Below are positions 1 to 25,200 of a stretch of DNA of 64,000 nucleotides, piece by piece. Location: assembly GCA_051362555.1 (NCBI GenBank), contig CM120640.1:50942788-51006787 (forward strand), written 5' to 3'. The notes under the pieces are model-generated. The model saw only the letters and a list, made by a program, of their open reading frames with translations. It ran no database searches and was not told where the DNA came from. The position numbers and the translations under genes are program-made. Every line of letters begins with the position of its first letter. Within the stretch, counting starts at the first letter, position 1. The stretch comes from Lingula anatina. Lineage: Eukaryota > Animalia > Brachiopoda.

Positions 1-357
1 TCAAAAAGTTATAGGAAAATGTCTTTTGGAGTAATTTTTTTTCGAAATATTAACAAGATGGCGGCTTAAGCATCTGCTTGTTATTCGGCTACTGAAAGTG
101 CACCTAAGTTTTACTCTTTGCTATTGCCACAAATTACTTAACAATTGCAACTGTATAAAGACCAAACTTTCTTCATCTCATACTATATTTATAGGCACTT
201 GTTATGAGTGGGAAATATTTTTCGTGCAATATTTATTCTCCACACACCACCTCGCGAGATCAACATGTAGCTGGACACTTACACAGTGAGACCCTACGAC
301 ATAAAAGTTGCAATTTATCTTCATATTTCGTGTAGTTATGCATTTAAAAGCACTTAC

Positions 358-414
358 CTGTTTTTTGAAAACCTTGTCCAACGTAATATCATATAAATTC
401 TGCATTTCTCTCAT
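358..414 (-). CDS. Probable first (coding) exon of an unidentified gene that continues off the left edge
   Basis: ATG at 414 opens MREMQNLYDITLDKVFKKQ and ends at a consensus donor CAG|GTAAGT (phase 0). A promoter-like CCAAT/GC-box cluster lies just upstream. Product not recognised; it could be a 5'UTR exon. Confidence 0.4.
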
Positions 415-559
415 TTTTTAGAAACTTGGGACTCCGTTTCTGTTTCTGACCTCAAAAATCAACAGACGAAGGCACAGATACTAACAAACGAGATTTAAAC
501 GAGAGTAGCAATTAAGCGTAACAGAGATAGGCATCCATTGTTCTCTGGGTTCTATTCAT

Positions 560-610
560 TCCGACCAATGAGAGACCGTAATACGGGCTCCGCCCCCACG
601 CGTGTAATCT
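560..610. promoter_or_regulatory. Promoter-like cluster (CCAAT box, GC box, CACGCGTG)
   Basis: ccaat, ctccgccccc and cacgcgtg within ~45 bp in a CpG-enriched patch upstream of the 358-414 exon. Confidence 0.45.
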
Positions 611-909
611 CCTTCTGTTATAACTCCTTGGTGAAACTGACTGAAAACTGTAGGAAATGGCCAGACTTCATGATAAGGTATCTTTTAGTTAATTTTTTTC
701 CTAAGTAAAATACTACATAAATATAAGGAAAAAATAACATTTTCCAGGTATACAAAATGCAAGTTCATGGTTTTAGTAGGTAAGATTTTATTGAAACTGA
801 CTGATGACCATGCAAGACTGTGCCCAAGGACAGATGAACAACCCCTATCCAAGTATACCTCAAGAGGTAAGGTATAACAACATTTGGAATCTAAGAGAGA
901 ATTCAGACA

Positions 910-1133
910 GACATATCATACTAGTTTGGTCTGTCCAACTCTGAGAGGGCTCTGGATAAGTGAAATGAGCCTTAACTGAATGACAGGCCTCCTTGAGCAC
1001 CTAGAGGGTAATTAACTTTCATATGCACTCGGCTTAATTACCTCCTAGTTGCATGACAATTAAGCCCATTCCACTGATTGCACTTAAGGAAAATCCCCGC
1101 AGAGTTGGACCGTCCCAACTCGTATGATATGCC
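910..1133. mobile_element. MITE-like element with ~34-bp imperfect TIRs in the SH3BP2 3'UTR
   Basis: gacatatcatactagtttggtctgtccaactctg (910-943) pairs with cagagttggaccgtcccaactcgtatgatatgcc (1100-1133). Confidence 0.65.
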
Positions 1134-1253
1134 TTTTTAGAAAGGGATCTAACTTTCATCCAAAATGTCACTGTCTAAAGTTTGGACACTGTCTAATGTT
1201 TAGAACAATTAATGTTAGAACAATTAATTTCATCTGTTTATGAAACTGTTTGT

Positions 1254-12820
<11,567 letters not shown>

Positions 12821-14817
12821 GCTTTCCTGTCAAAATTAAATCAAATAAGTCTTGCAAATTTTCATCTGACATGTAGCAAAGTCAATATAATTATAAAGCA
12901 AGAGATATTGACAGAAAAGGGTACGTACTGAGTATGCACACAGTACTGAGATTCATAATGGCTACTTTTAGACCAGCGATATCTGGTAGCACACATACTT
13001 TGTAGATATGCAATTTTTCATTTTAATTCAGGTTTGTGTCACTGTAAAAACAATCTACTGCATTATGCTAAGTACTTCATTCAGTAAAACTTGAAAATGT
13101 TCAATGGGTGAATCCCTTGAAAATGTTCAACATGCATACTAGCAGATATACAGTAATTGCTAGTACTTGATCTTTTCAATAGGGAAAATTGTGAATTTTA
13201 CAGATACTGTATTTTTTAAGTCATAATTTCTTAAAATTGGAATATTTCTATTGAGTTGTAGCAACAAAATAAAAATTAATAAAAAATTTATAGTTCTATT
13301 CTATACAGTAAAAAAACACCACAAATGCTACATATAAATATAATTTTTATGATTATAAAATACTGTATTTGACAGTTTAATAACTTTTGCCAATTGAAAA
13401 GATGGTGTGTAATAACAGTCATCTTGAGGTAAGAGAATAATATATTTTATTTTGAGATTGAATTACAAGTTGGAGGATTTTTTTTCTATCACAATCTATC
13501 TGTTGTGTGTGCATGTGTATGTGTTTATGCAAGTATGTGCCCAAATTCATAATAATATGAAATTACCAAAGTGATTTTGATTATCTATCTACTAGCATTT
13601 ATTTTTTGCTATTTATTTTTAATTACTATTGTTTTATCAGTATGTTGGCGTGACCTATCAAAGATTATTTAAAAACGGGAGAATTCTGTTGTATTTGTGT
13701 TCTAAAACATATATACTGTTTGAGACTCATCATTAATTGGATGAGAGACTGCAAGTGAAAATTGGTGACCCTAGCCTTTTGTTTTCACAAACTAACATAA
13801 AAATGTCCCACAATTATCAGATTTCTACTCATTTTAACATTGTGAAAGTTCTGCAACTCAACTGCTGCTTTGACACAAGACTAAGATCAGTTTTTACGAC
13901 CATATGAGTAATGATTTGATAACATATATGTTGATACATTATACATGTAATTAAAGTTCATATGAAAAACCTTTTAAGGTCAAGCACTTAATTTGAATTT
14001 AAAATAAAAAGCAGACAAAGGGTGGCAAGAAAAATTTACACCATAAGTAAGAACAAGGACTAGGGCTTTTAGCTAGCATATCAGCTTTTTGGGGTAATGT
14101 GGGGATTTTTTTTAGATGTCCCCTTGTTGCAAATGAAGCCACTGACATATATATCCTTCCTCTGGAAGGGGATGCAGTTAATGGCATGAAAGTATCTGTA
14201 CTAGTACTTTCCCATTAGTAAATGTGGCTATTTTTGGACTTTTTCATGGCAGCTAGCAACTGACCCTAAAAAGTGTCAGTATCCACAAATTTTTTTTGAG
14301 GTAAATTTTTTCCATTAATGTATACTTAAAGGGATAATAACTCTTTGTATGAGATCTATGTTTCACAATAAAAACATTGTAAACAACTCATAGAGATATG
14401 ATATATTCTGTTTTACCATAAAAAAAGCAGTTATAGCTATTATTCTGACATCTGAGCTTGTCATCAGACCATGTGACCTCCATAGATGGCTATACTCTGT
14501 AATAATCTCTTAAGAGAAACTTAAAAATCTCACAAATATTGTTAAATTTGTTTTTGACTTGCATTTAAGCCAAAAACTTGTAAAAATAAAAATAAAAAAC
14601 ACCCTCTCTACCCTGCCTTCAGGTACAAAAAGGGTGATCACCAATTTTTTTTTAACTTGACCTAATATTCATAACAGCCAGCTAGTGGCGTAGCTACATG
14701 TAGGTCTAAACATTTATCATAAAAAACTTTTACATATGAGTTTTAAAACAAACTTTAAAAATAACATAATCACTTTTAGCTCTTATATAAAGGGACAATT
14801 GATTCAATAATAATAAA

Positions 14818-17056
14818 AAACAAGGCAGCAAAGCTGTCAAATGTACAGACAAAAAGCAGGAAATAACAAAATAGGCTACTGTCAATTCTGATGTAAAAGT
14901 ACATTATGTTAAACTGCAAATTCAACATCAAATTTTAATTATGCTCAACAGGTAATAACAATGTAAGTAAAATGTGTAACAAGCATAAGGCTTCAGGCCC
15001 ATGGGAGTTCAAGTTCACACTTTGAAAATGTAAAAATTCCAGAAAAAGAAGTCAATTAGACTGCTTTTCCAACTCGAGCTGCATTTTAGTCCTGTGTTTC
15101 TTTTTTAAAAGTTTGACAATCATAAGTAATATGGTTTTCCCATGATGGTCATCATGGCAGCAATACCCAAAATTGTGTTTTCTTCTATTTTGATGCAATA
15201 TTTCATAATGCTTAACAGCATAAAGACCATCAGTTTTTAATAATAAAATATACGTATCATGGATTTTCAGAAAATGTGACTAGCATGGGTCTTTAAGCCC
15301 AAGGTGGTTCTAAGTCACACATTGAAATTGCCAATATGTGAAAAATTAAATTTTCACAAAAAACTGATTAACTGCCAGAAAAATTTACCAAATAGACTGC
15401 ACTGCCTAATGAAACTGTATTTTAGTCCCATGTTTCTTTCCTGTAAGTTTGAGAACAGTAAGTGACATGGTTTTCCTTAAATGGTCATCAAGGGAGCAGT
15501 GTCCAAAATAGGTTTTTTTTTCAAATTTTGATGCAATATTACATAATGTTTAACAGGATAATAACCATCAATTTTTAATAATAAAATATTAGTATCATGG
15601 ATATTCAGAAAATGTGACTAGCAAAGGTCTTCAGGCCCATGGAACTTCAAAGTCACACCTTGAAAATGCCAAAATGTAGACAAGACAGTACTGTCCTGAA
15701 ATGCATTTTTTTCCATTTTTAACAATTTTTTAACATATAACAAAATTAACACTTAACTGCCATTTTTATATGATCAACTAAGAAAATTGATGAGATGGGA
15801 AAAATATCAATAGAACAGTGTTTAATGTCCAATTTCCTCCATTCTGAGATTCTGAACATAGTGAATGAATGAATGAATCTCACAAACTGCAATGATAAGA
15901 GTTTATTTCCATTTTTGAAACTCTATTATACAATACATGATAACAAGCTTACCATCATTTTTACATAATCAACTAACAATGTTGTAAAGATGCAGGAAAT
16001 GTTAAACAAAGACTTTTACGTATCTTATTAGTTAAATAATGAGACTGTTAACATGCCTAAGAATTGAATCTGAGGAAATGTGAAACAAGACAGTGCTGTT
16101 ATGAAATGCGTTTATTTCCATTTTTAACACTTTTTTAACATAAAACAAAATTAACAGTTTACTGCCATTTTTATATGATCAACTAAGAAAGTTGATGAGA
16201 TGTGAAAAATATCAATAGAACAGTGTCAAATGTCCAATTTCCTCCTTTCTGAGTTTCTGAACATAATGAATGATTGAATCTTACAAACTGCAATGATATG
16301 AGTTTATTTCCATTTTTGACACTTTATTATACAATACACGATAACAAGTTTACCATCATTTTTACATAATCAACTAACAATGTTGTAAAGATGCAGGAAA
16401 TGTCAAACAAACACTTTTACGTATCTTATTAATTAAATAATGAGGCTGTTAACATGCCTAAGAATTGAATCTGAAGAAATGTGAAAAAACAGCATAACTT
16501 ATAAAATAATGGCCCGATTATGCTGATTTTCGAACTTGACCTGCATTTTAGTAAGATTGATTACTCCTGTGAGTTTCATGACAACAGGCCTATCGGTTTT
16601 CTTTGAAATGTGTTAACAGTGTTGCATATATGCTGAAAAGTGAAAAAACAGCATAACTACTAAAATGGTGGCCCGATCATGCCGATTTTCAAACTTGACC
16701 TGCATTTTAGTAAGATTGATTACTCCTGTGAGTTTCATGACAACAGGCCTATCGGTTTTCTTTGAAATGTGTTAACAGTGTTGCATATATGCTGAAAAGT
16801 GAAAAAACAGCATAAATTCTACAATAATGGCCCGATCATGCTGATTTTCGAACTTGACCTGCGTTTTATGAATATTCATCAGCTCTGTAAATATAAAGCC
16901 AAAAAGTAAAACTGTCTTCCACTTATGGTGTTAACGCTGAAAGTGCACGGCGACGGCGACGGCGACGGCGACATCGACGGCGACATGAACGGCGACGGCG
17001 ACGACAGACGCAGGTGATGGCAATATGTACAGACACATCTGTGTCTGTACATAAAA
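14818..17056 (+). mobile_element. Helentron/HINE-like element, copy 2 (in SH3BP2 5' intron)
   Basis: Same 5' end, (CGGCGA)n and 3' palindrome as copy 1. Has internal ~350-400-bp duplications (e.g. ~15680-16080 vs ~16085-16485) and ~3 diverged ~158-bp monomers (16480-16935). Confidence 0.8.
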
Positions 17057-17419
17057 ATGTGTGGACCCTATAGCTACTTGGATTAGAAAAAGAGAGAGGC
17101 CAAAACATTTATTTATTGAATGCACACCCAATATTGCCAATTGTAAGTGTTAGTTTCATTGAAAGGGAATCCATCTTAAGAGGCATCAAAAGTAAAGAAT
17201 GCAAATCTCACATCTTTTAACTCGTTACTACTACTTATAATTTTTTTCCTCCCATTTTGGATCTCCAGTGACACTGATGTACATGTACTTGTGAAATGTT
17301 TTGAAGTTTAGAAGTTGAGTCTGTTTTGTTATTTGATATCACCATATAATAAAGAAAACATACTTAAATCGACCCTTAAGTGATCTCTGAAATTATTATC
17401 CAATTTCAAGCTGGCACAT

Positions 17420-17860
17420 ACCTATGACACTCCAACCCGGCAAACTTTACTGGACTTTCCGCGGCGAACTTCCGCAACTCTGCTTTTGAGACTCTTACAA
17501 TGACCTTCACTTAGCGTGACCCAAATAAAGTTACTATGGATTTTTTCTTTTATGGTCTTTTATATCATCGATGCTCACTAATGTTTTGAAAAGAGAGTAA
17601 AAATGCTTCTAATGGGTTGTATATTTTCAAAAATTTGGATAAAGAACAATTTTACTGCAACATCCCAGAATCCTACATTTTCATGTCAGCCTCCGTGATG
17701 GTAACATGTCTCCATTGCGTTAGGACACATACATAGTGGAAGTATCATGGTTATTTTCATCACAATTGCAAACCTTGTGTTATCGTCAGAAATTTCAACA
17801 TAATCGTTTTGCAAAGATGATGAAAATCTAGCCCATTTGACAAACTGTCAACGTACACAG
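17420..17860. promoter_or_regulatory. Probable bidirectional promoter and non-coding first exons of SH3BP2 (-) and PUS1 (+)
   Basis: CpG-containing patch between divergent genes. Candidate donors at ~17421 (- strand, ATAG|gtatgt) and 17861 (+ strand, ACAG|gtgttt). Both ATG exons have upstream acceptors. Confidence 0.45.
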
Positions 17861-18864
17861 GTGTTTTATTATAATTATTTTGAAGCGTTTTTAGTACATG
17901 TGTACTGTATGTTATTATTTAGAGGTTCATTGAATCGAAACTTGTCGCCAGAAAATTAACAGGAACAGGTTTTGTTATATATGTAGAATGCCCCCAGTCG
18001 TATACATGTCACTTATATGTCTTTGATTTTCAAGGTTTTTTGTGACTTTGTCTTTGATGGGTGTCTCTGCTTTTAAAATAAATTATTTTGGAAGGACATA
18101 ATAAAAAGTTCCATACACAGTGCAGTACACTAGAAGAATACACATTATAATAAAAAAGACTCTGTATGCAAGTTGTTGCACTGTATTGTGCATATTAATT
18201 GTGACCCATTTTGGGATTTTTGTCTTGACTTTTAGATGTTCACCCCTGAAATGATGTTAACTTTCGTTATAGAGTCTATGAGAATGGGCTAGAGGTTGCT
18301 AATTGAATAGCATTGAATATTTTTAAGTAAACACATTAGAGAAGGTCAGAAAAACCTGAAAATCAAACGCTTGTAAGTTTAGGGGGTATACTTCCTATTA
18401 TAAGTACCTATTTTTTGTTAAAATTAATTTTTCAACCAGTAAACTCTTGCCATTTGAACCTTCCTATTTATGGCATTAAAGACCAATAGATATGTATTTA
18501 TCTATTTATTTTTATGTCAAATAGTATAGCAATCATTTTATGACCAACTTTATATCTACGATGGTAATATATGCATGGTAGTGAGGGACATATTGAATAA
18601 TTAAAGTGCTTTATCTTCAGATAAGAATAGTTCTACTGAGTACTGTGACAATACTATACCATTTCATGAGTGTTTATCTATAGGTATTGATAAGCAAAAA
18701 TGAATGTGTGTGTGTATATATATATATATATGAAATGGTAAGACATTGTAAATGAAATATGCAGTTTCCAGAATGTGTCCTATGAATCAAATTTGATTCA
18801 ACAGGATCAAATGAATGAAGAACATCACATAATTCATTTGCTTTCTTTTTAGGGGTAATGTGAG

Positions 18865-20891
18865 ATGCACCAAGAATGGCTACTTAAATCATGTGGTGCT
18901 TTCTCATATTTTTTTGAAACCATTCCCAGAAAACTTTTAAGATTTCAACTGCAGAGGGCATATCTAAGTACTGTTGATCCCAGTAAATTGACTGTCATGG
19001 AGAAATCTGATGAAAAACAGAAAGCTTCAACATTGGAAAGTAGAGAATGGTCAAAAACGGGCAGTCCCAGTAATGAATCTACTGACATAAAAAATTTATC
19101 AGATACTCAGCATGCTGTCAAGAGAACTTTGGAAGGTGACGAAAGGGCTTGTAAAGTTCCAAAATTAGGAACAGATGAGGTAAATTTGTTTTTCCAATAG
19201 GTTACTTCTATTTCTAAAATTTCTGTAATGGCTCATGCATGCTGTTCTTCAAACCTTTTAAATATTAGCTTCTTGTGGCAGCTTATATGTGCTGGGGCAG
19301 AGTAATAATTTAAAAGTGTAGAGTTAAATAAAATGTTTTACACCAGTAAATAATTCAACATAATTAGACATCATCAGAAAATTGGGACGGTGTCAACATT
19401 TTTCACTGCATTATAATTCGCATGGCATATATTAGTGGACATTACCAAAAGCATTACTAGTAATTAAGTATTTACATGTGTAGGATTCTGTGCTTTTGAA
19501 CACTGATGAGATATTACCTCTGCTTGTATCCAGCTCAGTGTCTGTGCTAAATGACATATGTATGATGAGATGACTGCCAAGTGATCTTGATTCTGGTTGC
19601 TGTATCCATAAAAATGAATGAATATTTTCAGCATCATCCCTCCCCATCAAATATTTTAAGAAAAAGGAAGGTGGCTCTACTCCTGGCATATAGTGGATCT
19701 GGCTACATGGGGATGCAAATGTTAGTATAATAGTTTGATTAGTTTGGATAAAGTTTGGATAGTTATATTTGAATGGATGATACCAAACTAATTTCACATT
19801 TAGAATTGCTGTCTGTGGGATATTACCAGATTATTTCTGAATTGCCCCTAGCCTGAAGATTTAATTGATATTTTTTATTTGCCATTTGTTTATAGTAATA
19901 ATGATTTTGCATCAATTCTGAACACCCAAATATGCCTTAGAGTGACTTCAGTTGTTCATTTGTTTACCATAACATAACAGCAGCAAATTGTAGATATATT
20001 TTATTATTATTTCAATATTTAATTTAATGGATTTCAGCCAGAAAGATGTAACCACTATTGAAACAGACTTGGTATCAGCACTGTATAAGGCTGGAGTCAT
20101 TCCAGAGGAACATGCAGAAGAAATGCAGAAGGTGAGCAATCATCAAATATTGAAACTGATCGAATGCAATGATATTTACATATTTATTTAAAATATGTCC
20201 TTTCAGCAATAATCTTGAAATCAAATGTAAAGATAATGTTGTGTGTCATAAAACCATGTGCTTGTTTGATCATCTGACATTTTCTTTAATTTCAAGATGT
20301 CAATTTTATTAGATAGTGTATTGAAGTTTGTATCATGTTTCTTATAGATGAAATTCCAACGAGCTGCCAGAACAGACAAAGGAGTGTCTGCAGCTATGCA
20401 GTTGTGCTCTTTGAAGGTTTGTTGATTCTGATTACTTGCAACATCTATATAACACAAGTGACTAGGGTAATGACTCTATGGCCACATTCAGAACAGTGGA
20501 CTCACTGGTCTGAGGGTCAACTATGGCAACTCACTAAAAACCTTGCCATCTAATCCACTGATAGACACTGAACTGATTCCCCGTAGGGAAGCATTCAGGT
20601 GGGGCAGCCACATTTGACCCTCGGACTATTAAGTCCACTGTTCTGAATGTGGCCTATCATTTCAACCTGGCATATTGTATTTTACACAAACTGTATTTTT
20701 AAAGAAATAAACTCTTAAAATTAGAACATTCCTATTGAGTGGTAGCAAAACTATTGAAAATCAAATAGTTCTGTTCCGTTCAGTAAAAGCACAAAAATGC
20801 TACACAGAAATCTATTTTAAATGATTCCAAAATTATTTATCTGAAAAATTGTAAATTTAATTTTCCCTTGTTGAAATAATCAAGCCATTAC

Positions 20892-20938
<47 letters not shown>

Positions 20939-21611
20939 CCTTTTTTTAATGCTCTAGATGCTGCTTCCTGAAAACTGCATTGAGAAAATTAATGAACGTC
21001 TTCCAGCGCAGATAAAGGTGTTTTGTAAGTAAAAATGATATCATATTATAGCATAGTTTTCAAGAAATTGTCTTAAATTTAATTTCTTTCACTACTAAAT
21101 GGTTGATATGAAATGGAAACTTTTTTCTTATAAGTCACTTCTGTAACAAGCCATTTCTGATCAGTTATTTATGTTGAAGAGAGTTTGATCTATGGCATTG
21201 CTGTATTTAGTTATTGACACTGTTAATGCTGGTATGCACTGTGCACTGATAATGTTTATTTGATAGTTTTAATTAAAAATTGAATAAAAAAATGGATAAA
21301 AAAATTCAAATTCCTTTTTTCTGCAGCAATAAAGAGAGTCACTCAGGGTTTCAACAGTAAGAATAATTGTGACAACAGAACATACTCATACTTGATGCCA
21401 ACTTATGCATTTACACCGGTAGAACAGGTATATAAACATTGTTTAGAATAATACAAATTATTATTCAATCAAATAGAAATGAGGCTTTTATAAATTATAA
21501 CTTCTTGTTTAAATTTGTGATAAATTAAAATCTATTTTTTCTTAAATCTAAAAACTTGAAGAGATTTAAATTTCAAAAGAAGGCATACAGGTGATTTTAT
21601 TCTATTTTATT

Positions 21612-21646
<35 letters not shown>

Positions 21647-22145
21647 TTTTTTTTGTTATTTTTCAGAATGTGACAGAAGATTTCAAAATCTCAGGTATTT
21701 GTTAGGTTTAATATTAATTGAATTCAGAGAAAGTTTGTGGCAATAATTAAATATAAAAAATTGGATATTTTAGTATGTGAACATCATTAGGTTTTTGTTT
21801 ATTTTTTAGTTTTTGGTAATTTTGACTAATTTTAGTATGAAAAAATTTTTAGTCTAGATGCTGAAGTTAGAATATAGTTGTGATGATGTAATTCCACTGT
21901 TTTTGTATAACATTGAACATTGAATTTTTAAATAAATAATCCTTAGTATGTAAATTTTTATCCTCAAGATGACAGTTTAAAACTAGCAAGAGAAGTTTTA
22001 TCCATGTTTAAAGGAACTCATAACTTCCACAACTTTACAGCAGGAAAGTAAGTACAGATACATCTCCATGTGTTCTGTGTTTTGAACATAGTTATATATG
22101 AAAGTTATAGGCATGCTTTTCTGGCGTGCATAAATGACTGTGTAG

Positions 22146-22200
<55 letters not shown>

Positions 22201-25200
22201 CAATGGCCACCAAATGCCCCTTATATTTTCATTTTTATTTATTAAATTTTCATCAAAATTAGATGATTTTATTGTAGGTAGGCTAAATATGCTTTTTTTG
22301 GTATATGGGTAGATTTGGCAATTGCAAAGTTTTGTTTCAGTTTTACATTGGAAATGTTACAAACTCATCTTTTATTACTGTTGTAAATAGGTGTGAACCT
22401 GCTTGATTTCATTTGCATACTTGTTTTATACTTGAATGTGAAATCCTGTAAAATAAATGTTTGCTTTAAATTATGATGTGTTTTCCAGAAAGGCAACAGA
22501 TCCCAGTGCCAAGAGGTACATTATAGATATACAGGTGAGACTATCAACTTTGGCTGTATTCTAATTTAGATAAAGTTTGAAAATGTTTGATCCTGTGTAA
22601 AAGATCTTATGATTAGAATAACAGTTACTATGAAAAATATTAAACAAATATTATATAGAATATAGATGTTTTTGTCTAGTTCAGCTGTACTTACAGTGTT
22701 TCATTGCATTTAGTGTGGAGAACCTTTTGTCCAAGAGGGATTAGAATTCATCACTGTGACTGTCCGTGGTCAAAGCTTCATGTTGCATCAAATAAGAAAA
22801 ATGATAGGTAAGGCAAAGTTGACTGTTGATTTTTGTTTTGAACCAGTAATAAGCAGAAAAAAAAAACCATTCTATGTTATGTATTATGTCAAGTTTCATG
22901 ACAAGAAATGTTGAAACTGAATGAAAACAGTGAATTTACCAGAGATTTGTATTGAGGGATTGCGTGATGTTTGTCTCTTGGTATTTCAGGATTGACAATA
23001 GCTGTGGTGAGAGGGCTTGCTGCAAAAGAATCTGTACAACAGGCATTTGAACATCCAAAGGTATGTCATCTAGGCAGAAGCTTTTTGATATAATTAAGTT
23101 CTAATACTTTAAATTGAAGACAAGACTTTTTTTTATTTCTTTACCTTCAGTGTTGTATCTTTAAGTATAACTTTCACTCCAAAGTGACTATGGTTTTCTT
23201 TCATAAGGTAGAGACCTCTTTGTTGCCTTGCATCTGTTAACAAGTTGATATAAACTGGGTTATCAACAGGCCTCACAAACAGTTAGACGGCATAACCAGG
23301 GAATGTCAACAACATCCCCAAAACTGCAAAATAAGCAGACAACAGTACCACAGTACTGGGTTGTTGTCAATGTTTTATAGTTGAGGCCTACCCAGCTACC
23401 AGACTCGGTACCGAATGATCCCAAATTCATGGTAGATCGGACCACACTACCCATTTTCAAGGTGTGCGTCAGTACATACTTCACCTTATCATAACCCAGA
23501 ACAAATTTTGAGATGAGGCTCACTACTTTCCAACCCTGCTCAGAATCATCGTATCACGTCCCGTAATAGGCAAGGGCGGTGCTGTGTCTATATTCCGAAG
23601 CACGTACTGACACTCAACTTGAAAACGGGTAGTGTGGTCAGATCTGTCGATGAATTCAGGATCATTCGGTGCCGAGTCTGGTAGTTGGGTAGGCCTGTAG
23701 TTATGTCGCATTGCTGTAACAGTTTGAGAGACTGGTTTTAGTTTCAGATGCAAAATAGCTGGTACATTTATGATGTGTTTAGTTTTTATTGAAAGAGTAG
23801 ATTTGGCCTTATAGAAATCATTGATTTATTATTTCATAAAATTTCACAATAAAATACATCATCCTTTGTGTTTAAGATGGACATTCCTAAAGCCCCAGGA
23901 TTAGGATTACTGTTGGAAAAGGTAAGCCTTGGCTTAAGATATATGAGTTTTTGGTTGAACTTGTTTTCAGTGACAATTTCAATAACTCATCATGGGTTTC
24001 ATCACTTTTCATTTCTTATTTCTTTCTCTTCTTACTTGTTCTCAGTCTCATTCTTGCTCTCATTTTTGACTTGTCAAGAAAGTGAGTGATGTTGTTGGCT
24101 GTAAGTGCAAATGCAAAATATCCAGAAACTTAATTGTAAGAATACACTCAGATGAATTTTTAAAGACAAATTATAGACAACAAAATCCACCAAAATGTAC
24201 TTTCACCAACTTTTCTACACAAAGACTTATCTCAAATTCCCTTTGTAAATTGATTAAAAACATTTGCAAATTGAGTTTTCAGTTTTCTAGATGATTTGAA
24301 TATTAATCATTCATTCATTCTAAATGAGATTACTTAATTTTTTACATATTAACTAATGCAGTTTTGATGTTGTTATTATTGTGGTAATCAGTCACATAGC
24401 CCTCTTGTTTTGTTAATACAATTTTGTATATAATGGTTTTTTATTTATCCCAATGACATCAAACTTTTATTTCAGCTTCATTACGATGCCTACAATAAAA
24501 GATATGGCAAAGATGGGCTCCATGAAACACTAGACTGGGAAGATATCAGGGTATGTGGTGATAATAGTTGGACATAACATGAGACAGCTATTATCTTGCT
24601 TAACAAAAAGACATATTGTAGATATACATGTGCCCCTCATATCCTCATTCTCATATGATTGAGTTGACAGGTGAAAATGAATATTTACATATTGTTCCCC
24701 TTTCAAGCACAGACTTGACTGGTGGTACATATTGACGACCCTACCAGTTGTGACCTCTATTTCTTATTTTCAGATGGACTTGGATAAATTCAAAGCTGAG
24801 CAAATATATCCAACCATCATTCAAACAGAGCTGAAGGAAAAATCGTATCCTTGTAATGTTCTAAGAGCTATTTTGTGGACATCCTGGAAGGATGAAATAA
24901 GTATATAATTGGGTATGGGAATGTTTTGCTGATTTATCTAAAACCTCTGTTACACCAGACTTGCAACTGCTTAGAGAACAAATATCACCTACCCTGACTG
25001 ATATGTAATTAAGTAAAAGGCTGTAAAATTAAAATTGCATTAAAAGGAATGCATAAAATTGATGTTGATAAACTAAAAATGTCAAAGCCCCAAAAAGGGT
25101 GAGAGTAAGCAAGAATTGTATGAATTGAGTTTTATTTATAAACAAAAATTCCATCTTCCTAGTGGTTGCAAGCCCAGCATACAAGGGACTTTAAGCAGAG

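Noticed and set aside
16923-17140. Arg-rich protamine-like and VA-repeat ORFs
   Set aside because: They are translations of the (CGGCGA)n microsatellite in the HINE element.
19484-19570. Possible extra PUS1 cassette exon ([11 protein letters not shown]..)
   Set aside because: An acceptor is present but I found no frame-preserving donor, and the protein is complete without it.
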